Shown: positions 9,508-18,358 of the stretch, in pieces
How the letters are laid out: every line of letters begins with the position of its first letter
How positions within the stretch are numbered: the first letter of the stretch is position 1
Translations under genes and position numbers: made by a program
The notes under the pieces: generated by a model
Seen by the model: the letters and a program-made list of their open reading frames with translations, nothing else
What the model was told of the DNA's origin: nothing
The model's database searches: none
DNA from: a virus
Taxonomy: Duplodnaviria > Caudoviricetes
DNA: 64,000 bases
IMG/VR virus record: IMGVR_UViG_2706796186_000001
Span: 64,001-128,000 of that record
Direction: 5' to 3' (one strand)

Positions 9508-9528
9508 AGATAGATATTATCTAAGGGA
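9508..9528 (+). promoter_or_regulatory. Putative phage promoter/operator motif
   Basis: AGATAGATATTATCTAAGGGA, containing the palindrome TAGATA-T-TATCTA. Confidence 0.7.
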
Positions 9529-9562
9529 AGCAACAACCTTTTCATTTATAAGGAGTATTATC

Positions 9563-10315
9563 GTGGATATCGATTTGTTACCGGTAGTTGAGTTTACTGG
9601 CGTGAGTAGTGTTACCCCCGTCTTTAACGGACGCGGTTACATTGTTCAATTCACCAACACATCGTACGGGCGTATGTGGACAAACTTCGAGTGTATCGAG
9701 ACGCCTATCTATTTAAGCAGTGATGCTCACGCAGCATTGCTTGCCTATATCGCGGAGCAGAAGAAGCTAGCAGAAAAGAACGACGGTTGGGGTTACAGTT
9801 CTGAATTCTTGGTTCTCGGCAATGTCCGTTTCTGCTCCCAACACTTTAGTGTGCATTGTGGTCCTGCTGAGGAACGTGTCCATCATCTAACCGAACTCTA
9901 CGTGGCGTTGGCCAACGGTCTGATGTTGAATGACACGTACGAGTGGAAGCCACTTCCATGGGGCCATGAAGGTTCGATTGTTTCGCACTCGAAGCGCCCA
10001 GACGCTGAACTAATCATTTCGGCTGATCAGGGAATGGTAACGTACCTGCGACAAGAGTTCGTCGAATCCCCACACGGACACCACCATTTGCAAGCCCTGT
10101 TTAGGGAACGCAACTATGAACAGATGGAGAGTCCGGTTGTTGAGACAGATATCGAACTTATCAACCTAGCCGATCGTCTTTATAACATCGCCTCGACGGG
10201 TACATTCCCAAACGATGGTTACACGCTGTCTTTGGAACTCGGTTTGGGTAAACTGGACATCGCGAAGATGGACAAAGCCCGACTCCTGAAATTGGCTGAA
10301 ACCCTTATCCCGTAA
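9563..10315 (+). CDS. Hypothetical protein, 250 aa (accessory insertion in the core block)
   Basis: TAAGGAG SD, GTG start; bracketed by two motif copies. Confidence 0.75.
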   Translation: MDIDLLPVVEFTGVSSVTPVFNGRGYIVQFTNTSYGRMWTNFECIETPIYLSSDAHAALLAYIAEQKKLAEKNDGWGYSSEFLVLGNVRFCSQHFSVHCGPAEERVHHLTELYVALANGLMLNDTYEWKPLPWGHEGSIVSHSKRPDAELIISADQGMVTYLRQEFVESPHGHHHLQALFRERNYEQMESPVVETDIELINLADRLYNIASTGTFPNDGYTLSLELGLGKLDIAKMDKARLLKLAETLIP

Positions 10316-10368
10316 CATTTTTACGCCAGAGGCATAGCCTATGTGCCTCTTTGAATCCACGCATTCTG

Positions 10369-10389
10369 AGATAGATATTATCTCTGTGA
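10369..10389 (+). promoter_or_regulatory. Putative phage promoter/operator motif
   Basis: AGATAGATATTATCTCTGTGA upstream of the operon that includes the nvRNAP subunit. Confidence 0.7.
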
Positions 10390-10422
10390 ATTGACGATTG
10401 GTTTTAAAGCTGGAAGTAAATA

Positions 10423-11514
10423 ATGAAACGACATAATCTAGATATCGCACCGGTTATCTCGAAGAAGCCTATTCGGCATAACGCCCTTAGGAAAACCTTC
10501 ACTTACGAGAATAACACCGGCACGCCAGTCTACGTTACGGATTCAACAGGGTCGTACATTATCATTGAGCCCAAGAGAAATGTTATTTCACCGAACGCTA
10601 TCGTGGTCTATGTCACGTACAGCATTCCGGCGGGAATGGCAAACCTCATCGGCATCGCAGACACCCTACCTGCGGCTGTCTATCAGAATCTGTGTCGTGA
10701 GCTGGATAGATTTGGTGAATCCACGCTGATGTACATCGTGGAAGATCCCGTACCCATTTTACGTGGAGAAGCTATTGTATTGGAGAACCTGGGGTTATCC
10801 TTCTCGGTTCGCCCATTAGAATTAGATAAGACACCTGTTCATCGCAATGGCCAAGCGACGGAACTGACGTTGGGTATTGTTGTAGTGCAGCGCCACGATG
10901 ACACACGCGTAATAAAGTGGGTGCGGTATTACAACACGATGGTTCAGGTGGTTCCAATCAAGGCGAAGTTTTACGAGCCGGGAATGTATCTGGTGATGAT
11001 GAGTGGAGATATTGTAGAAGGAAGTCGACTGCTACATTTCGACTTCGATGACCCAATGTCACCGATGCGGGGATTTGAAACAGAAGAAGCAGCTCGCCAG
11101 TTCAGGTGGGTTACGGATGCAGTTCCTGCATTAACTGATCTCAGAAACAAACTCGAAGCGCAAATCGCCGCCAACGACTTGTCTCATGCCCAGCACAAGC
11201 AACAATTAGATGTTGAGCATAGACGCAAGCTTAACGAAATGACAATCGAACGGGAGCAACAGGCCGCCCTCTTCAGGGAACTGGAGATGAAGGTTAAACA
11301 GCGAGCAGAAGAACGAAAAGACAGCTTTGATGAACGGTCTACATTACGTAAAGACCATTACGACGAACGGTCGACCGTCAGGAAAGACCAATCGGATGAA
11401 CGTAAGGAACATTACGAAAACCGTTCACAGACACGTAAAGACGCGTCTGAAACATTGAAAGCTATCCCGGCGATATTAGCAGCGGGGGTGGCTATCGTAG
11501 CGATGCTTATGTGA
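10423..11514 (+). CDS. Coiled-coil protein with RKD repeats and C-terminal membrane anchor
   Basis: RKDSFDERSTL/RKDHYDERSTV repeats; hydrophobic C-terminus IPAILAAGVAIVAMLM. Confidence 0.8.
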   Translation: MKRHNLDIAPVISKKPIRHNALRKTFTYENNTGTPVYVTDSTGSYIIIEPKRNVISPNAIVVYVTYSIPAGMANLIGIADTLPAAVYQNLCRELDRFGESTLMYIVEDPVPILRGEAIVLENLGLSFSVRPLELDKTPVHRNGQATELTLGIVVVQRHDDTRVIKWVRYYNTMVQVVPIKAKFYEPGMYLVMMSGDIVEGSRLLHFDFDDPMSPMRGFETEEAARQFRWVTDAVPALTDLRNKLEAQIAANDLSHAQHKQQLDVEHRRKLNEMTIEREQQAALFRELEMKVKQRAEERKDSFDERSTLRKDHYDERSTVRKDQSDERKEHYENRSQTRKDASETLKAIPAILAAGVAIVAMLM

Positions 11515-11527
11515 GAGGAGAGAATGT

Positions 11528-13297
11528 GTGTTTGCAGATGCGATAAAAGAGTTAAAGGCGTCCGGTAAGATTGTCCCCTTTAACCGCGCAGTGGCAGAAG
11601 GCGTCGGCTATGCACAAGCAAAAGATGGTATCCATGAACGGGTGTACGGGATTCTGAAACGCGAACTCACGTACGATGCAGAAACCAACCCAAGATTGCC
11701 CATCGGGTTAGCGGTGCAACAATATCGTTTCATGTCACCATTCGAAGCCTTTATCTTTAAGGTGGCAAAGGCAGACAATCGTCAAGCACGGGGTCGTGCA
11801 CCAGTCTCCATTGCCAGAACCGATCAGTATATGATCATGGCCAACATCCGTATTCCGGGAGAGAACAGACTTACTGCACGTCCGATGTATCTGCCGTTTA
11901 TACGTCGCGGTGGATTGATGTACTCGTGGGGTACTTTGTACCATGTTGCGCCGGTGATTCACCAACCGGGTATCTGTCGCGAGCACGGCGGTATCTTCAT
12001 TAACTTCGACTTCACCCGTAAAGTCTCACTGAAATTCTGTAAGCACTCAGTGAAGATTCTGGTTAACGGGAAAAAGGAGGAAATCTTCCTGCCGGGTACA
12101 TCGAACCTGTACGTCCCTAAAACGACGCAGGGACAAGATTCCGATGAGAAGCCTCTGTTGTATTGGTTGTTCGGTAAGTACGGCTTTAAAGAAGCTGTAG
12201 AGCGTTATACGGGCGCACGCGTTGCCATTTGGCCATCGTACAATCTCAAGTCTATTGATTTGGATAAATACGTGGTGGTGCAATCGGGTGAACCGCAACT
12301 GGGTAAAAACATCCAGTATGCGATTGTTGTCCGTCGCGAAGATTTACCGAGCACCGAGAAGTCGCGCTGGGATCAGAACGAACACATGCTGTTGGCGATG
12401 TGTGCAGCTTTCTACAAAGCAGCGCATTTCTACGCAGGCCGTCGTACTGGTCGGAGTCAGCAACGTAACGCATTGGCACCTCTGTTCACCTCTATCAACG
12501 AATTCGATGTTGATGGTGACATTGCCAACCTGAACTCTAAGGATATCTGGAAGGAGATTCTGGGACGCAGTATTCAGGGTACGAAGCCTTCTGATGTGGA
12601 TTTGCTGCGAAGCATGAACAGCCACTTCATGGAGTGTGAGCGTTATGTGAACAACACGTTCCGTGCCGAACTCATGGCGGTGGACCCGGACATCGATCCA
12701 GAGATGGATATGTTCGACTTCCTGTACTACACCACCAAGATGATGGTTCGCACACGTTTGACCAAGCAGGATGATTTCTCGTCCATGTACGGCAAACGCT
12801 TAACCGTTACCGATTACCTGTTGCTGGCACCAAAAGGTTTCACCAGTACGATCTCCAACATCCGTTGGCGGTTGAGTCAGCTGGAGAACCGGACAGCCGA
12901 AAGTTGCCACGAAACCATTCGTGATGAGTTGAATAAGAAGATTGTACCTAACCTTGTCTGTCGTGGTATCACGTCGAACGGGGGCATCAACTTCTTCAAT
13001 GCATCTACTGAATCGATGGTACTGGCGGTCTCTACGCACGCAATTGGTCAGACGGAAACAGACAGTAAACGCGGTAAGAAAGGTAAGACCGTTAACCTTA
13101 ACGACCGTACCAAACACGCTTCGGCGTCGCACCTTGAATGTGGTAACGTACACTTCATTCCGAAGTCTGCCCCGTTCAAGTCTAACATCCTCAATGCATA
13201 TATGGTGACCAGCCGCCAGCTTGTGATGATGCGTAACCCGAAACTGAAGAAAGAAATCGAAGCCGCCGAGATTGACATCGCGCAAATCGGCCGATAA
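11528..13297 (+). CDS. Non-virion RNA polymerase beta subunit, N-terminal part (phiKZ gp123-like)
   Basis: MYLPFIRRGG...YHVAPVI, SMYGKRL and HASASHLECG segments; position between capsid and portal matches the group synteny. Confidence 0.75.
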   Translation: MFADAIKELKASGKIVPFNRAVAEGVGYAQAKDGIHERVYGILKRELTYDAETNPRLPIGLAVQQYRFMSPFEAFIFKVAKADNRQARGRAPVSIARTDQYMIMANIRIPGENRLTARPMYLPFIRRGGLMYSWGTLYHVAPVIHQPGICREHGGIFINFDFTRKVSLKFCKHSVKILVNGKKEEIFLPGTSNLYVPKTTQGQDSDEKPLLYWLFGKYGFKEAVERYTGARVAIWPSYNLKSIDLDKYVVVQSGEPQLGKNIQYAIVVRREDLPSTEKSRWDQNEHMLLAMCAAFYKAAHFYAGRRTGRSQQRNALAPLFTSINEFDVDGDIANLNSKDIWKEILGRSIQGTKPSDVDLLRSMNSHFMECERYVNNTFRAELMAVDPDIDPEMDMFDFLYYTTKMMVRTRLTKQDDFSSMYGKRLTVTDYLLLAPKGFTSTISNIRWRLSQLENRTAESCHETIRDELNKKIVPNLVCRGITSNGGINFFNASTESMVLAVSTHAIGQTETDSKRGKKGKTVNLNDRTKHASASHLECGNVHFIPKSAPFKSNILNAYMVTSRQLVMMRNPKLKKEIEAAEIDIAQIGR

Positions 13298-13321
13298 GTA
13301 TACTTTAAGGAGAATCATTTA

Positions 13322-14890
13322 ATGGCAATTTCATCCAGTGCAGTCGTGAAAATCATCGAAAGTCGTTTAGCGGCTGGCAATGACACGACGCTTACTGCCA
13401 TCAATCAGACCATCAGCGAACGTGGTATCAGTGCGCAAGATGCACTGGACATCGCTATCCAGATTGGTGACATACTCCTGGGTAAGGGCGTTGCTCAAGA
13501 CAAGATTGTAGAGAACATTATTTCTGCGTACAAAGCCGCTGCGTATCAGCTGTTGCAGAAAGCCGGTATCGCGTTCCAGAGTGACCCTGGCCTACATGAA
13601 CGTCTGAACAAGTTCTTCCAAGAGGTGCGGGCCATGATCAAAGCCGCTGCCCAAAGTTCCACTGGAACCTTAGGCGGGTTGGTCGGTACCGCAATTCCGG
13701 GTGCAAGTTTGTCTGTTGCTCCAAGTGCGCCAGTGACGTCTTCCCCAATCGGTGATTTGGGTGGGATTCAAGTTGGTGATGGTATCCCCGTAACTCCGGC
13801 AGCTACCAGTCCGGGTCTTAGTGCAGTTAGTGCCACGCCGCTTGAGGCGTTTGCAGAAACTCCCGCAGCCGCCAAAGCCGCTGCACCACAACAACCCGCG
13901 CCAAAGGTGAATCCCGTGTTAAACGCTCCGGTTAAACAGATTATCGAGGTAGAAGATTTGGAAACGTACGCAGAACATGAACTGTCAACGCCACGTACAC
14001 GCGTGTCGGTCAGTGCGAAAGATGCCAATGAGAAAGTCAACGAGTTCCTGACCACCGGTAACTGGGTTGAACCACTGGCTGATCTCTTGGCTGGGAAAAC
14101 CAATGCGGTGTATTACGCGGGCGCAGATATTCTGGTGCGTGCTAACCGTGTCACTCGCCGTTATCTGGTTAACCCGACGAAAGATGCCGAGTTCGAAACG
14201 CGTATTGCGGAGTTCACTTCGCAGCACGAATCTCAGCTGGCGCGTCTGGATGATCTCTATGGAATGGATGACCCTGAGAAAATCATCAATGCGGTAACCT
14301 CGGTTGTGCAGAAGATGAAAGAGAACTTCGTCTCCTTCTACACCGACATGCTGCGCGAAGGTGCGGCCTCTGAAATCGTGGCCTCCGAAGTAGCTCGCTT
14401 CACCAACGTTGCACTGGGTACCATGTCCATTGCGGTACACAACGCACTGAGCCTCGGCACCAACCGTTGCCAGAGCATTCCAACCAATCCGAAGATTGAG
14501 CTGGAACGTAACATGGATGACCTGGAGTTCTTCTCTGACATCCTGTACCAGAAAACCGTTGGCGATAATGGCTACACCACGGAGCCGGATTTCTTCCGTG
14601 AGCTGTTCATGATGGTGGCCTCTTCCCTGCGTAAAGTTAATGTGCGCTACAGTTCTGGTGAACTGATCGTACGTCACGAAATCGCAGAGATTGTGATTCC
14701 GGGTAACTACCCAACCCTGAAACGCAATAACGTGGTGGGCAAACATTCTCTGGGTGCAACGCATGACCCGGTGACCACCATCTTCGAAGAGTTCGTCCGT
14801 AACAAGCCAGAAGTGAACGTCATGCTGAAAGCCGATGAAAGTTATCTGCTGCTGAGCACTGGCGAAAACACTGCGCCGATTTATTACTAA
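13322..14890 (+). CDS. Conserved hypothetical protein, 522 aa, with Pro/Ala-rich linker
   Basis: TAAGGAG SD; two domains separated by a low-complexity linker ending at ETYAEHEL. Confidence 0.8.
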   Translation: MAISSSAVVKIIESRLAAGNDTTLTAINQTISERGISAQDALDIAIQIGDILLGKGVAQDKIVENIISAYKAAAYQLLQKAGIAFQSDPGLHERLNKFFQEVRAMIKAAAQSSTGTLGGLVGTAIPGASLSVAPSAPVTSSPIGDLGGIQVGDGIPVTPAATSPGLSAVSATPLEAFAETPAAAKAAAPQQPAPKVNPVLNAPVKQIIEVEDLETYAEHELSTPRTRVSVSAKDANEKVNEFLTTGNWVEPLADLLAGKTNAVYYAGADILVRANRVTRRYLVNPTKDAEFETRIAEFTSQHESQLARLDDLYGMDDPEKIINAVTSVVQKMKENFVSFYTDMLREGAASEIVASEVARFTNVALGTMSIAVHNALSLGTNRCQSIPTNPKIELERNMDDLEFFSDILYQKTVGDNGYTTEPDFFRELFMMVASSLRKVNVRYSSGELIVRHEIAEIVIPGNYPTLKRNNVVGKHSLGATHDPVTTIFEEFVRNKPEVNVMLKADESYLLLSTGENTAPIYY

Positions 14891-14901
14891 GTGAATCAAA
14901 C

Positions 14902-14935
14902 AGGTGACCTTCGGGTCACCTTGTTTTATTTTTTT
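14902..14935 (+). terminator. Intrinsic terminator, UUCG loop
   Basis: AGGTGACC-TTCG-GGTCACCT plus T-run. Confidence 0.85.
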
Positions 14936-14950
14936 AATCAGGAGAAAAAG

Positions 14951-15217
14951 ATGTTAACTGTCGATATTCTGAATCACGAAGGTAAGAAACTGTTTGACTT
15001 CGATCTGTCGGTGACGGGCGGAAAGGTATTGGAATTCGCCAAAGCCTGTGATCGCAACGAAACAACGGTCATCAAGAACAAACGCAGCGTGCGTTATTCG
15101 ATGGTGAAAAAAGAACTGGATGCGTGTTTACGGGGAACTTTAATTGCGCACCACTTAGCCCACCTCAACTCTCTCGACCCCCATTTTACCTTCATTACTC
15201 ACGATTATTATAGATAA
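14951..15217 (+). CDS. Hypothetical protein, 88 aa
   Basis: AGGAG SD before ATG 14951 (MLTVDIL...). Confidence 0.7.
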   Translation: MLTVDILNHEGKKLFDFDLSVTGGKVLEFAKACDRNETTVIKNKRSVRYSMVKKELDACLRGTLIAHHLAHLNSLDPHFTFITHDYYR

Positions 15218-15240
15218 CGTGATACACGCTGAGGTGTAAG

Positions 15241-15546
15241 ATGGTCAAGTTGCTTGTAATCGAGTTAAATCAGTACCGGGATGTGTTGCATCGGTTCGAG
15301 CTGCCTGACAATGTAGCGACTACCGCGTTCTTGGAACGCTTCCGTGGAACCAGAACAGCCGTCTACAGTGGTCGTCGCTGGACAGTCTATTATAACGTGC
15401 GTGGTGCACTCACAGACGCGTTAACCGCAGGGAAGGTAAAGGAGACCACCGCATTTTTAAAAGCCTACGAGAAAGACCCGCTGGCGATTGGTATCATGCT
15501 GGCCGAGAAAGAACAGATCGGTCGTCCTGCCCAACCGGACGAATAA
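15241..15546 (+). CDS. Hypothetical protein, 101 aa
   Basis: GAGGT SD; N-terminus resembles the preceding gene. Confidence 0.7.
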   Translation: MVKLLVIELNQYRDVLHRFELPDNVATTAFLERFRGTRTAVYSGRRWTVYYNVRGALTDALTAGKVKETTAFLKAYEKDPLAIGIMLAEKEQIGRPAQPDE

Positions 15547-15599
15547 AAAAGAGCAAACTCCTACCCGTAAAGGTAGGAGTTGTGCTGCTTATTTTTTTT
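15545..15599. terminator. Bidirectional terminator between convergent genes
   Basis: A-run, AACTCCTACC-cgtaaa-GGTAGGAGTT, T-run. Confidence 0.8.
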
Positions 15600-15604
15600 G
15601 CTAT

Positions 15605-18343
15605 TTAGACGGTTTCATCTTCCGGATTAATATCCAGAGGATCGCTACCATCACCAGCATCGCCATTATCCCCAGCGTTGTTTCCATCGTCAGGGTTAAG
15701 AGCGTCATCTGGATTATCGTCTGGATTGTCATCAGGGTTGTCGTCCGGGTTATCGAGAGGATTATCGTCCAGCGGGTTGTCGTCCGGGTTGTCATCTAAA
15801 GGATTGTCATCCAATGGATTATCACCACCACCCCCACCAAAGTTATCATCCCCGCCACCTTCTCCACCCATATCGCGCTGCTTAGCCAACGTCTCAATCT
15901 TACCAGACGTTGTTTTACCGAGCTGCATGATAGTGTTGGAAGCTTCACGGATTTCATCACTGATCATCTTCACGGTCTCAGCACGTTTCTCTTTATCGTA
16001 AATCAGGTCGAAGAATTCATTCTCGATACCCTGTTTACGCAGCCACGTACGGACATAGAAGTTCTTCACCATCGTCTTAATGGTGTTGGCATCCAGCGAG
16101 ATACCCGCATCCTGCATCATCGTGGTGATATCATCCGTCACTACCAAGTCTGCCAGCTTCTCAATGAACTCTGTACGTTTGTCGAACAGTTCCATTTGTG
16201 AAGAGGCCGCAGACGTATCCGGCGGTGGCAGCGTGACTTTAATACCGTTGATAAACTGACGCATGTACATAGAGGCTTTCGCCACGTACTGATCTTCAGA
16301 TGTATCCGGCTCTTTGTCTTTGATGTACTCCACACAGGCTTTCAGCAGTTCTGCTTGCAGGCTTGGTGAAGACAGCGTGGACGTCACGACATAGCGGGTC
16401 AACGGTTTTTGCAGAATCTCTTGCTTCTTCATGATCTTTTGGGTGACCAGCAGGGACTTGGAGAAGATTTGAGATGCAAACTCGATGTTGTCCGGCGTCA
16501 GTACCAAGTCCGGGTCAACGTCCGCGATGTGGCAGGTACGACGCAGTAACTGCTCGTCGAGTTCCTTATCGGGCGCTTTGTAGTCCGGTGTGGTGTCCGA
16601 CACAGACACTTTACTGCTTGGGTAGTAATCGTTCCCCTCAACGTTGAACGCAATCCCCGAGTTGGTTGCCATTGACCAGATGTCATCCATATTCCCCCAC
16701 ATCGGCTGGCGACGGTTGAAGGAGTTCAGGATATCGGACTTCATACGGGCAACAGTTTCTTCCCCGTTCATGGCATCCGGTGACAACTGAATGTCGTACT
16801 GCATGTGGCGCGCAGAGTTCAGGATAGAGGTGTTCATGGTGGCGAACAGCAGTGCCATACGCACAGACGAGATAATGAAAGAACGTTCAGTGATGGACAC
16901 ACCAAAACCGTCTTCATCAAAGTCAGTAGCAAAGTAGCACAGGTTCTCAGCCGGAATGTAGACCACCTGCGTGTGACGTTTTGCTAAGTGGCGAGTCAGC
17001 ATGATACGGCCAAAGGTTTCTGACACATTCATGTCCAGCTCAGCACCGCCCAACGCATCACCCAGCGCAACCGCTAACTGGTTCTCAGCAATCTCACCGA
17101 AACGGCTAATCAGACGGTTAGCAATCTCAGGCGTGACCTTCGCGTTACCTTCACCCATCCCGATGGCGGAACGGTTAATGATGGAGTCGACCATCCCGTC
17201 ATTATTCAGGTAGTTCATGAAGTTCGCATCGCCGTACAGAGACGAGCGTGCGTTAATGAAGTTACCCAACTCATCGACGATTGCCAGATAACCGATCGGG
17301 TTCATCACGTCATCGCCCAGTACCAACGGCATGGTGGATTCAGCAGGCAGAACACGCTCGGTGTATTCAACGTGGTTTACGTCGTCCATCATCGGCTTCT
17401 GCATCTCGCCGTACATCATGGTCTGTGGCGTGGTGCGATACGTTTCGTTCAGGTCGGCGATGTTGATGCCGTCGTATTTGCGGTCTTGGCTCTCTTTGAA
17501 GGCATCCGCTTCAAATGTTCCAGCCCCGGTAGGCGTTTGAGGCTTTTCATATGCAGTCTGTTCCAACTGCCCGTAGAAGGACGCCGAGGCGTTCTCGCGT
17601 GCAACACGACGGACGGTTTCCGGCATCAAGAAAATGTTGGGGTTGTCGGTCAGCGTCAGTTTGATAGAAGCCATGTCACCGACTTTCTTCGAATCAAACA
17701 GCGAGTCCAGTTTAATCTCGATGGTCTGCGGACCGTCAGGACGCGTACGCCCATTCAGTATGCTTTCAATCCCAACCTTACGCTCATCCGGCTTAGAAAT
17801 CTTACCGAGGATACCACGCTGCTGATTAAAGAAATCAATGCGCTGGTTCTTGACAGATTCCTGTGCGACCTTCGTGTCCAACCCAAACAGTTTATCAAAC
17901 CCTGAGTCGGAGAGCAGAAGTACCGGCGTTGCACCTTTGAATTTAAGGGCATCGTAAATCCACTTGTACAGCTTAGTCGGCAGCTGACGTTTGTTGTCGT
18001 GGAACTCACGTTCGATGCGTACCATCTCCTGACGCAGGTCAAGAGGCATCTCGGCTACGCAATCGTAAATAAGACTGGTGTTCACCAAGTCTTTCGACGA
18101 CAACAGAGAAGAGGTGGCGATAGTGACAATCGTTTCGAGTTCAGGCAATGCCTGATAGATACGCTGTGCGTTCTTCGCTGTACGAATACGCGAACTGGCG
18201 ATACCTGTCAGTTCTGAGCGAGTTGGTGTGGTGCCTCCCTCCTCGCGCTTACCGCGCTCTTGCGAACCGCTTGGGCCGGTTGCCTTGCGCAGGATGGCGC
18301 TAACTGCTGGGTCGCGCGCCTGTAACTTACTAATATCGTCCAT
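15605..18343 (-). CDS. Portal protein (phiKZ gp129 / SPN3US gp81-like)
   Basis: 912 aa minus-strand gene; GYLAIVDELG, VVYIPAENLCYFA.DF...G.G.S and VTLPPP motifs; AQE ends at residue 162; acidic tail. Confidence 0.75.
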   Translation of the reverse strand: MDDISKLQARDPAVSAILRKATGPSGSQERGKREEGGTTPTRSELTGIASSRIRTAKNAQRIYQALPELETIVTIATSSLLSSKDLVNTSLIYDCVAEMPLDLRQEMVRIEREFHDNKRQLPTKLYKWIYDALKFKGATPVLLLSDSGFDKLFGLDTKVAQESVKNQRIDFFNQQRGILGKISKPDERKVGIESILNGRTRPDGPQTIEIKLDSLFDSKKVGDMASIKLTLTDNPNIFLMPETVRRVARENASASFYGQLEQTAYEKPQTPTGAGTFEADAFKESQDRKYDGINIADLNETYRTTPQTMMYGEMQKPMMDDVNHVEYTERVLPAESTMPLVLGDDVMNPIGYLAIVDELGNFINARSSLYGDANFMNYLNNDGMVDSIINRSAIGMGEGNAKVTPEIANRLISRFGEIAENQLAVALGDALGGAELDMNVSETFGRIMLTRHLAKRHTQVVYIPAENLCYFATDFDEDGFGVSITERSFIISSVRMALLFATMNTSILNSARHMQYDIQLSPDAMNGEETVARMKSDILNSFNRRQPMWGNMDDIWSMATNSGIAFNVEGNDYYPSSKVSVSDTTPDYKAPDKELDEQLLRRTCHIADVDPDLVLTPDNIEFASQIFSKSLLVTQKIMKKQEILQKPLTRYVVTSTLSSPSLQAELLKACVEYIKDKEPDTSEDQYVAKASMYMRQFINGIKVTLPPPDTSAASSQMELFDKRTEFIEKLADLVVTDDITTMMQDAGISLDANTIKTMVKNFYVRTWLRKQGIENEFFDLIYDKEKRAETVKMISDEIREASNTIMQLGKTTSGKIETLAKQRDMGGEGGGDDNFGGGGGDNPLDDNPLDDNPDDNPLDDNPLDNPDDNPDDNPDDNPDDALNPDDGNNAGDNGDAGDGSDPLDINPEDETV
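15700..15850 (-). repeat. Coding tandem repeat (DDNP / DDNPL)n in the portal C-terminus
   Basis: About 10 imperfect 12-15 nt units with synonymous variation. Confidence 0.9.
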
Positions 18344-18358
18344 TGGGGTCTCCGGAAA

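Noticed and set aside
13985-14899. Other long antisense ORFs (also 21193-22038, 27822-28616, 51702-52385, 56017-56907, 58261-59115)
   Set aside because: Same shadow effect opposite well-supported genes
15601-16001. Repeat-rich alternative-frame ORFs and a possible CRISPR/VNTR at the portal end
   Set aside because: Units are 12-15 nt with no spacers and vary at synonymous positions; they are explained by the DDNP peptide repeat
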